Positions 53,937 through 64,000 of a stretch of DNA of 64,000 nt are shown here, piece by piece; within the stretch, counting starts at the first letter, position 1, and each line of letters begins with the position of its first letter. This DNA is from Eledone cirrhosa. Lineage: Eukaryota. The stretch covers positions 27,714,001 to 27,778,000 of the forward strand of contig OZ024741.1 in the NCBI GenBank assembly GCA_964016885.1. Reading direction: 5' to 3'. The notes under the pieces were generated by a model. That model ran no database searches. It was given only the letters and a program-made list of their open reading frames with translations, and was not told where the DNA came from. A program made the position numbers and the translations under genes.

Positions 53937-54495
53937 ACGCGAATGGCAAAGCATAAATGAATTGAGAGAGAGACTGAGCATAAGAGGAATCAAATGTTGT
54001 GTGCAGGAGAAGCAGTTGCATTGGTATGGACATGTGATGCATATGAAGGATGACAGCTGCATAAAAAGGTGCAGAGCACTAGAAGTCGATGGAAAGCGCG
54101 GAGTGGGGAGACCCAAGAAGACCTGGGATGAGGTGATAAAAGCCGACCTTACCCAATTACACCTCTCAAACGACCGTGACCTCTGGTGTCGCGCAGTAAT
54201 ACAGAAGACCCGACCCTCCACAGGTACAAGCCGAAGCTGAAGCATATAGACAATATGCCCCCACACCCTCCCACTGCAAAGTGGTCGTGGAGGTGCCACG
54301 GCAAAAAAGTACCCAGCACTCACTGTAAATGAGGTTGGTGTTAGGAAGAGCATCCAGCTGTAAAAATCAAGCCAGAATCAGTTGCCGTATGAGCAAGACA
54401 AGGTAGGTCAGCCGACTGGACACTGCCCACAACAGGACAATCCGTCTAACCCATGCTAGCATGGAAGAACGGATGTAAAACGGTGATGATGATAG
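53937..54495 (+). mobile_element. RTE LINE copy H (D subfamily), 3' fragment
   Basis: REWQSINELRERL...GRPKKTW, 3'UTR, tail. Confidence 0.88.
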
Positions 54496-55049
54496 CGTGG
54501 AAAAATGGACATTAAACTGTGATTATGACACACACTATGGGCTTCTATCTACCAGAGAGATTAAGAGAGGGAGAGTGAGAAAGAATTGACCCCAGTACTG
54601 GACTGATACTTTAATTATCAACCTCAAAAGAATGAAAGGCAGAGAATCAGAAAGAATACTGCTCTGTATTCTATCTAGCACTCTAATGACTCTACCATGT
54701 CATCGAGCTGGCAAAGTCATCAAATAAATACTCCTTTTAAAACTACAAACAAATGTCTTAACATCCTGTACCACACAAAACCTCATTACTAAGACATTCT
54801 TGAAAAGTACAAAACATCACTCTGTCTGCATCACAGAATTATTAGTCTTTACTTTAATACTGCAAAATTTTTACAACAATCTGTCCGCAAATGAAGCTAT
54901 GACAACTATATTGATTAACAAAACTGTTTTTAGACATTTTCAACAAAATCATGATAGGCTTTTAAGAGTTAAGTAATGATGAGTACTTGCTTTATACAAA
55001 GTTAAACTTATTAACAAATAATTGTTTTTAATGCAATGAAAGAGGCGCA

Positions 55050-55115
<66 letters not shown>

Positions 55116-55292
55116 TTCATACACTATGGTTACTGTAGCAGAAACCTAAGAACAAAACAGCAAAAGAAAAAAAGCAGCCATTCGAAAAACCAAAAAACAA
55201 AAAAAAGGAAATTGATTCAAGCAAGCAAAATAAAGGTAAAGCAGAACTGAGCTTAATGAAACACCTTCACTTTAGGGGAGACTTTGTCTCAT

Positions 55293-56130
55293 ACCTAGTT
55301 ACCTAACAACAGTTGTACCTAGTTACCTAACAACAGTTGTACCTAGTTACCTAACAACAATTGTACCTAGATACCTAACAACAGTTGTACCTAGTTACCT
55401 AACAATGGCTGTACCTAGTTACCTAACAATGGCTGTACCTAGTTACCTAACAGTTGTACTTAGTTACGTAACAGTTGTACTTAGTTACGTAACAGTTGTA
55501 CTTAGTTACCTAACAACAGTTGTAGTGTTACCAAACAGTTGTACCTAGTTACCTAACAACAGTTGTACCTAGTTACCTAACAACAGTTGTACCTAGTTAC
55601 TTAACAACAGTTGTAGTGTTACCAAACAACAGTTGTAGTGTTACCAAACAACAGTTGTACCTAGTTACCTAACAACAGTTGTGTTACCAAACAACAATTG
55701 TACCTAGTTACCTAACAACAGTTGTACCTATTACCTAACAACAGTTGTACCTAGTTACCTAACAACAGTTGTACCTAGTTACCTAACAACAGTTGTACCT
55801 AGTTACCTAACAACAGTTGTACCTAGTTACCTAACAACAGTTGTACCTAGTTACCTAACAACAGTTGTACCTAGTTACTTAACAACAGTTGTACCTAGTT
55901 ACTTAACAACAGTTGTACCTAGTTACTTAACAACAGTTGTACCTAGTTACTTAACAACAGTTGTACCTAGTTACTTAACAACAGTTGTACCTAGTTACTT
56001 AACAACAGTTGTACCTAGTTACCTAACAACAGTTGTACCTAGTTACCTAACAACAGTTGTACCTAGTTACTCAACAACAATTGTAGTTTTACCTAGTTAC
56101 TCAATAACAATTGTAGTTTTACCTAACAAC
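55293..56130. repeat. 24-bp minisatellite, ~35 copies
   Basis: Unit acctagttacctaacaacagttgt. Confidence 0.97.
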
Positions 56131-56828
56131 AAGTGTATTAAAACAAAATATTGTAAGGCCTATTTTTCTATCTATTTCTGTTATTGTAATGGCATTATTG
56201 TCCACAGCATGGGTTGGACAGATTGTTAAAATCTGAGACTAAAAACATCTTGCTCATATGTTTCGGATTTTGGTATGGTTCTAAAGCTGCATGCTCTTCC
56301 TTATGCCTACTGCTGTGGCAACCACACTACAGCCTTACAGTATGTACTGGGAGTGTGCCAGATCCATTTTATCTTAGCATCAGCACTAGCATGGCTGTCA
56401 TGTACTCAGCAAAACTGAAAAGTCCTCTACCCTACATTGTCTCAGTTCAGAGTGCATTTATCTGTGGTACCAGCACTAGACATCTTGCCAAGACCAAAGG
56501 GTCCTTTACTACTACAATGCCTTGTTCCATTCATCAACCACTATGAAAATAAATTTCATTACTATAACATAAATAGTTTAAAAGATGGTCCTATAATTCT
56601 GAGGTGTTTTATTACAACTGCTATCAAATAATTGGGTATGAAAAAAAACGTCTCCCTCAAAAAGAAAAGCAGACAGACCAATCAAATTTAGGCTTGGAAT
56701 AACGTCAAATAAATTAAAGAAGTCAATAAAAAAAAATAAAATAAAATATACAAACTAAAAATATTTTTCGCAAAACTGACAACATAATATTAAAAACAAA
56801 AATGCTCCCTTTTAAAAAAGCAACGAAC

Positions 56829-56957
56829 CGTGGTGGTCTGATTTGGGATTCCTGGTGCGGTAGCGTTGGATGGTGTGGTGACACCAGCTGCAGAAGCTGA
56901 AACTTGATCAGTTGCTGGCCCATCCATCGTACTATACTGCTTCTGGCGATTAATAGC
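56829..56957 (-). CDS. SLC9A6/7/9: NHE exon: AINRQKQYSTMDGPATDQVSASAAGVTTPSNATAPGIPNQTTT
   Basis: cccacag|GCT ... ACG|gttcgt; 129 nt, phase 0/0, GC-richer than flanks; phase-compatible with neighbours, but no recognisable family motif. Confidence 0.72.
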
Positions 56958-57238
56958 CTGTGGGCAGGTGATAGTCATTAAAATAACAAGAGGAGATGCT
57001 TCAAACTTGGTGTAACAAACAAAAACATCAAATCTATATCTTTAATGGCTTAATCCTTTTGTTACTAGATTTCTAATGAAATACACTGCAAATGTGTTTC
57101 AGTTAATTTTGAAATTAACTGAAATTTTAGAAAAATTTGGTAAAATAATTTTTTCATTATTTGTTGATGTTTGAAACATTTCTTAAGAAGTTCATAAAAT
57201 TATATTTAAAAACTTTAATTTAAATATGAACACTTTAA

Positions 57239-57459
57239 CCCTTTAGTATTTACATTACTCTATATATACTATTGTATTTTTGTGGTAAACACTTTATTTC
57301 ATATAACTATCTCACATAATATTGAATCTATGAAATTTTGATATTATTTATTAAGAGAAAAATACCTTAACATCACTATGAGCGACCGATTACAGTCGGT
57401 TTGAACAGAAAGAAGTGAGAGAATTCTGGCCGGATATAGCCGGTTTAGATGCTAAAGGG
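57239..57459. mobile_element. TTAA-flanked piggyBac-like MITE
   Basis: TTAA|CCCTTTAG...CTAAAGGG|TTAA. Confidence 0.8.
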
Positions 57460-58504
57460 TTAAAACGAGCAGTTTTGTATCATAGAATCAAGGGTGATTT
57501 TAGGCAACATGGTATCAAATGGGTTTATACTATCCCACGAAAGGTCAGCCTGCTGGGAAAGGGATATACTATCTATCTGCCTTTTAAGTCAAATACTTCC
57601 TAATAGAGGCCAGCCTGCTAAGGAAGATTTAGCCTTGCCATTTTTTCAGTGATAAGAGGTGGTATTTGAACTCAGAGTGTATAGAGCTGGAACAGATACC
57701 ACAAAGCATCTTAACCAAGTCTTTAACAATTCCACCAAACCAAAATACCTGGATTGATACTTCATTTATTGATCCTGAAAGGACGAAAGGCAAAGTTCAT
57801 CATGGTAAGATTTGAGCTCAGAATGTAGTGGGCCAGAACAGATACCAAGGAATTTAATCCTGCTCCCTAACAATGAGTAATTTGTCACCTGTCATTAACT
57901 TTTCACAAATTAAACCCTATACATACTATAGTGTGGCTGTTAAATAATGTTTTTCAGTTTAAAAATTGGTTTATACTACACTGTACAGTGTTAGTGTTGA
58001 TACCATGATAAAATGCACCCAGTCCACTATGCCTAGTGGTAGTGCTATATTAAGGGCATACAGCTGTAGTAACTATACAAGCATGGAAAACATATATATG
58101 ATGATCATGATGTGGCTAATATCCATTATATAAGAAATTTGTTGTAGTTACTTCATAAGTGAAGAGTGTATTTTGATAACACTTGAATGTACATGAAAAC
58201 ATCTGATGTCAGACCAACATGTGTCACAACAATCACATTGACAGGATGACATTATGGCTGTAAAGTGTTATGAAATTGGAGCAATAATAGTTACAACAGC
58301 TATCAAGTGTGTTATTTTATAGAGAAAATGTCCATTTATATTACAACTGTGCAGCTATTGTGTCCATCTGTCACACATAAAGGCTACAATTTGTCCAAAA
58401 ACATACTAGAATTATATTTAAGATTAATGGAACACAAAAGAAAAGGAGGATTAAAACTGTCCTCTGTCAGATTCTCTCTCATACATATACATAATTTTAT
58501 ATAT

Positions 58505-58851
58505 ATAGTGTACCCCCGACATTCAGGGTCCCGGTTATTCGCGAAATTTTCCTTACACCCTAACTAATAATTGTTCGTAGAAACCAACACATATTTGTGG
58601 AATCATAAATATCTTCCATGATTTTTTTAATGGTTTTTTCGTGGCAATATATATTTTTTAATGCTAAATTATTAACAATATACCATATTTGCCGGCCTAT
58701 TATGGACGCCCCTTCGCATAAGACACTCCTTTTTTTTAAATTATATTTTACATTATATTTTGACATTTATAGGCATTTTTATGAACCACGTCCAATATTT
58801 GCAGTTTTTCAAGGAACATAACCCCCTCAAATACCGGGGGGGGACAACTGT
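58505..58851. mobile_element. Probable pogo/Tigger-like MITE
   Basis: Degenerate TIR tagtgtacccccg / cgggggggg-acaactg|ta, TA flanks. Confidence 0.45.
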
Positions 58852-58877
58852 ATGTGTGTATATATATAATATATATA

Positions 58878-59796
58878 TTAGTAGAAGTACCCAGTGTTGC
58901 CCAGGTTAAAGGAAATTTTATTCAAAACTTTTTCTAGGTATATTTCAAACTTCTGATATAGCTGTTTTTTTTATGTAACATATCTTTTAGTTGCAATAAG
59001 ATTTTGTACTTAGTTTCTTTATTTCTTTCATATCTTGTCTGTGATTGGATTTTCATATCACTGATAAAATACAGTTGTAAATATTTTGGTTCTTCTTCTG
59101 AAAGTGGCTGAAGTGGTCCAAATCTGTGGGACACTTGCTATTGGATCTTGAAAGTGAGTATAAAGCCACCTTCGTGGATGACATTTGCACCAAATGATGC
59201 CATTTAGAATACATTATGGTACTTCTGTATTTTACGGCATCAATAAAATAAAGTACCAGTAATGCACTGTGATAATTGCTGGCCTTGTGCCAAAAGTAGA
59301 AACAATTATTGTACTTCTGTATATTTTGAAGAAAGTGTCTTGATTCAGTAGTTGTACCAATCAGCAGTCTCCACAAGGGTTTTGGCATTTGAGGTAATAG
59401 TTTAAACTTAATCTTTCTATTTAAACAGCACAATCCAGTTGACTCACCATTCCATTTTCTAGCACCACAATTTGGACAAATTTTGTTCATTGAAGAAATT
59501 CAAATTAAAGGTTGTGAGGCATAGTCTTGATGTGGATTGTAACTAAAAGCAGCAAAGTTTCACATGGCAACATTTTAAATCATAAATCTTCCTTCTGTTC
59601 TTTGAGCCTCAGTTTCTTCATGCCACCTTTGAGCTGCTCTATTTCTCTCCATTTGCTGTCTTAATGATTTTCATACATCTGATTCCTCTTGATGAATAGT
59701 TGCTTCCATTGTCCTATTTCCAGCAACCCACTTTGATCGTTGCGCATCTGATTATCTATCTATCTCTCTCTATATATAGGTAGATAGATAGATAGA
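58878..59796 (-). mobile_element. Internally deleted Helitron with Rep N-terminal remnant and nested SINE fragment
   Basis: CPNCGARKWNGESTGLCC...FLQNIQKYNNCF and EPKYLQLYF...NSYIRSL; 5' TCTATC; 3' cctgggcaacactggg hairpin remnant then CTAA (CTRR). Confidence 0.8.
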
Positions 59797-60319
59797 TATA
59801 TGCTAAAACACTTGCCACTGAAATTGATGGGGGAGGGGTCCAACACACACAATCCATAAATATAGCTTTGTTACAATTTTCTGTGGAAACCAAATATTAG
59901 TTATTTGGTCCATAAAACAATGAGTTATATACTATTAAAAATGGAATGAAAATCAAAGTTACTGAAGAAGATACTAAAACTTTGAAATAAGAAATTATTT
60001 TGATCAAGTGTGTTGGTTTTTACAGAGATAAACTTTTTTTTAATAGGAATTTATAGATGAAGAGTGAACAACAATGGCAAAATATATATTTGGTTGTAGA
60101 AACAGGAGAAATAGAAGTCAATACTTATACATCCAGAATTATTCAGTCATTCTGTTGCTCTTGTGCCAGCTGTGTGTGTCCAGTTTAGAATACATACACA
60201 GTATGAATTCTAAACTGGACACACACTGTAACAGGCAACTAAAAGGGTTGGTGCCAGAAAGGGCATCCAGCTGTAAAACATTGCTTCACTAACACCTGCC
60301 ATAGCAGGGGAAATCTTAA

Positions 60320-60492
60320 CCCTTTAGCATTTAAACTAGCTATATCCGGCCAGAATTCTCTCACCTCTTTCTGTGTTCTCAAAATAATATCAAAATTTCA
60401 TAGATTCATTGCTATGTGAGATAATTATGTAAAAGAAAGTGTTTACCATGAAAATAGAATAGTAAATATATAGTAATGTAAATGCTAAAGAG
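60320..60492. mobile_element. Second copy of the TTAA MITE, inverted relative to 57239
   Basis: TTAA|CCCTTTAGCAT...ATGCTAAAGAG|TTAA; shares gctatatccggccagaattctctcac. Confidence 0.8.
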
Positions 60493-61556
60493 TTAAAACA
60501 CTTGGTGAGTTCACTCTGTTGGCCTTGGGTCACAGATATGAAACTTGAAATGTTGTTTGCTCTCACATTGTACCAGCATGTCCTCCAGTAAGGAGGACAT
60601 GCTGGTACAATGGTACAACACCAAAAAAGCACCCAGCCCACTCTGTAGAATGGTAGTGCTGGTGACATGGAAAAAGCTCTGAGTACACACTGTAATGTAG
60701 TTAGTGTTAGGAAAGGCATCCAACAATCGAAACCTGAGCCAAAGTTGGATCATATAAGCAAGGAGTGGTCACCTAATCTGTCTGGCCTCATAACATGAAA
60801 ATAGATGTTAAACAGTAATAATTGTTTCTACTTTAGGCACAAGGCCAGCAATTACCCAGTACATTACTGGTACTTTATTTTATCGATCCTGTAAGGATGA
60901 AAGGCAAAGTTAACCTCGGCGAATAATGATGATTTCCTGGCATTGAAGGTATTCTAACGTGGATACAACACTGCTTCCTTTTGAATATTTAAGTTTAGGG
61001 CTAAGATACTAACATAGCCTTCAGCCTCCAAGATGCAAGGTAATTTATCCAGAATTATTTTGACAATGAAAAAGATGCAGTTATGTTTAAGTAAAAATAG
61101 AAAATAAATAAATAAATTTATAGGAGGTTAATGTAAGCATGCAAGAACCTAACATGCACATCTACTAAAGTAAGGAAAGGGATTAGGTAAACACAAGATA
61201 GCAAAGTGCAATATGGTTAGAAATAGATGAGGAAGTTGACAACAACAACACAAACATTATATCAAAGGATAACAAAAAAACAAACAACCAAACAAACAAC
61301 AATAAAAGGAACAATTTTACCAAAACATATAAGAGGTTATTTGGAAATCTGAAGGACAAACAAAGCCTACTAAATTCCTTTCATTTTTGTTCTTATTTTT
61401 TTTTTAGATTCTAAAGCTGTATATAATGTTTAGGTTCCTTATTGAAGCCTGAACTTCTTGACCAAAGCGATAAATACATGAATAAATAAAAGCATTCCAT
61501 CCCTGAAAGATTACACCAAGAGCAAGGAGAAGAAATCAGAGGTTGAGTTTGTTTGG

Positions 61557-61602
<46 letters not shown>

Positions 61603-61694
61603 ATACTTTGGGAGGGTCATGCTGCCAATAAAATATACATATACTGTTATACTTTGGAAGGGTCATGCTGCCAATATATATATATATATATAGA

Positions 61695-62156
61695 AGTATT
61701 GCCTATGGATGTGCAATGTTAATATGTGTAAATGACAAAGCATGGATGAACTAAGAGGAGAAAAGCTGGGTATAAGACGAATAAGATGTAGTGTAAACAG
61801 GAGAGAACCTGGTGTGGACAGGAAAAATGTCATGAAATCCCAGTGGAAGAAGGTGCAGTGGAGGGAAACCTGAGCAAGGTTGAGAGCTGATCTCAAATCA
61901 CTGAAGCTCAAAGGGATGATGACGAAGGAATACAACAAATAAAGGGATGCTCTGCTGGAAAAGACCCATCCAACCTATGCTCAAGACTTCCTTGGTCTCC
62001 CTCAACTGTAGCTTCTTTCCACTGGGATTTCTTGATTCTTCATCGCCCAATGATAAACATCACATGTCCATACCAGCACAGTCTTCTCTCCTGCACACTA
62101 CATCTGATTCCTCTTATATACAGCCTTTCTCTCAACTCATCCATGCTTTGTCCATA
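61695..62156. mobile_element. Two old RTE RT-end fragments in opposite orientation
   Basis: tggatgtgcaatgt...agcatggatgaactaagaggagaaaagctggg on plus, and its reverse complement at 62045-62150. Confidence 0.6.
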
Positions 62157-62234
62157 TACATATATATATATACATCTTTGGAATATATATCATCATCATA
62201 TTTATATATATGTGTGTGTGTGTGCATGTATATA

Positions 62235-62271
<37 letters not shown>

Positions 62272-62384
62272 TCAACATCACCGTTTTACGTCCATTTTTG
62301 CACGCTAGCATGGGTTAGACGAGTTATCCTGTTGTGGGCAATGTCAGGCCAGGTGATCATGTCTTGCTCATACAGAACTGATTT

Positions 62385-62421
<37 letters not shown>

Positions 62422-62500
62422 GTATATACACACACACACATATATATATATTCCAAAGGTACATTTGTCATGTCAACAATTAACTTCTAGTAATACTTAC

Positions 62501-62549
62501 GGTACGTACAGGTTCAAATGGTTGCTCATGTTCTTCATCCACACCAACT
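62501..62549 (-). CDS. SLC9A6/7/9: NHE exon: (R)VGVDEEHEQPFEPVRT
   Basis: tttcag|A GTT GGT GTG ... ACC|gtaagt; completes the AG+A Arg codon; matches the IRVGVD motif of NHE6/7/9. Not in the ORF track. Confidence 0.9.
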
Positions 62550-62634
62550 CTGAAATGGACCAAAGAAAAGATGTGAAGTAATTGTATGAACAGTATGACA
62601 GCATGAAACCATCACAAGTTCAACACTAAGTTAC

Positions 62635-62765
62635 AGCTGGTAATCACGAACTGGAGTAACATGAAATGAAATGCCTTGCTCAATGAGACAACTTGCCACA
62701 TACGCCAAGCTGTTGAATTCAGAATTTTATGATTATGAACTCAACACTCAAGCCATTAGACACAA
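62635..62765 (-). mobile_element. Degenerate CORE-type SINE
   Basis: ctggagtaacatgaaatgaaatgccttgctcaa = reverse complement of the core. Confidence 0.55.
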
Positions 62766-62889
62766 GGGATTGAAATGGTTACAAATAACAATCAAAAATG
62801 GGCCCTTAGCTTGAATGACTCAGAAGTTTTCATCAAAACACAGTAAAGTAAATATTTCAAAATCTCTTTAAAGAATCTGTTTGATTTAA

Positions 62890-63138
62890 CCCTTTTCATA
62901 CCAAACTACCTAAATCCAATCCTGGTTCTACAATATATAATTGTTTGTTTTAAAGTATTTGTATTTATCTAAAAATCCTTCATAATTTTATGTAAGAACC
63001 TTTGATGAGTTATCTTCCAAATACCAGCTTAATAATGAGAAAGCTATATTACTAAATCCTTTCAAATTATTAATTATTTTCAAAATAATTTGAAAATTAA
63101 TCGCAATGTCTTTCATTGGAGACATTGTAATAAAAGGG
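62890..63138. mobile_element. TTAA-flanked MITE, second family; relatives near 48910-49140 and 57050
   Basis: TTAA|CCCTTTT...AAAAGGG|TTAA. Confidence 0.65.
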
Positions 63139-63668
63139 TTAAAGTGTTTACATTCATCTAAAAACCTTCCCTCAAAATTTTATGTAAGAACTTCATGTTT
63201 GAAATATGAGCTTAATAAGGAGAAAGTTAATTATATTACTAAATACATCAAAATTCTTAATTATTTTTTAAATAATTTGAAAAATCATAGGCAATGTCTT
63301 TCATTAAAAATGTGGTAATGAAAGAAGTAATTATTTAAAAAAAAAAAGAATGTTTGGATTTGAATTTAGTTGTTTAATTAATCATGTTTTGTTGGGTGTG
63401 TCCGTAATGATAATGTGATATGCATGAACGAAGAAGCATGGATGAGTTGAGAGAAAAAGAGTGGAATCAGATGTTACATGCAGAAGAGAAGATTTGACTG
63501 GTTTGGATACGAGCAGAAGTAGTGAAAGCTGATCTCAATAAACTACACCTCACTAAGGAGATGACAAAGGAAAGATGCAAGTGAAAAGATGATGTTCTGG
63601 AGGGATGGTGTACTGGTTTAACCCATGCAAGCATGGAAAAATAGACATTAAAAAATGATGATGATTAC

Positions 63669-63822
63669 CTGATCTTAAGCCACTGTAACATAGGTGTAGT
63701 CATACTTCCACAAACTATAACTGTTACAAGAACAACCATCATGATGGCAGACACCATGTACTGCCGGGCTGCTGTTGATGTGTTTCGGATAGCTAAAGCA
63801 AAAGCTATTGCTCCTCTTAATC
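63669..63822 (-). CDS. SLC9A6/7/9: Endosomal Na+/H+ exchanger (NHE6/7/9-like), first exon in window: GLRGAIAFALAIRNTSTAARQYMVSAIMMVVLVTVIVCGSMTTPMLQWLKIR
   Basis: CPA1 signature GLRGA.AFALA plus last TM segment; acceptor ctacag|GA, donor AG|gtaatc; 154 nt, phase 1 to phase 2. Upstream exons lie beyond the window end. Confidence 0.93.
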
Positions 63823-63949
63823 CTGTAGACAAATACATATTGGAAATATCAATTATCAGCACATACTTAAATCATACAAATACATATATAGTCACACATA
63901 CATATAAACATACATACAATCAAACACATAGCTAGAGTCTACTAATAGA

Positions 63950-63980
<31 letters not shown>

Positions 63981-64000
63981 TGATACACACACACATATAT

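Noticed and set aside
50522-56130. CRISPR-like appearance of the 56-bp and 24-bp arrays
   Set aside because: Head-to-tail repeats without unique spacers, no cas genes, eukaryotic context.

Overview
Eukaryotic, AT- and microsatellite-rich intronic DNA. The repeat content (CORE-type and Meta-type tRNA SINEs, RTE LINEs with (GAT)n tails) suggests an octopod cephalopod; this is inference. The window holds six confident exons and one candidate terminal exon of an endosomal Na+/H+ exchanger (SLC9A6/7/9-like) on the minus strand, spread over about 63 kb. The introns contain at least eight RTE-clade LINE copies, a split CR1 fragment, a DD37D Tc1/mariner, a deleted Helitron, a Penelope-like remnant with a hammerhead ribozyme, MITEs, SINEs and two minisatellites. 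The main finding is that the 17-kb array of about 27 near-identical 637-bp units (11414-28560) is the 5' end of a full-length RTE LINE. Array and LINE form one ~21-kb block that cleanly interrupts a CR1 reading frame. Each unit carries a TATA box about 30 nt upstream of an Inr-like motif. A second RTE (29422-34243) has a diverged 546-bp tandem unit that keeps this TATA-Inr spacing, which suggests RTE LINEs with tandem promoter monomers. All counts and coordinates were read by eye.
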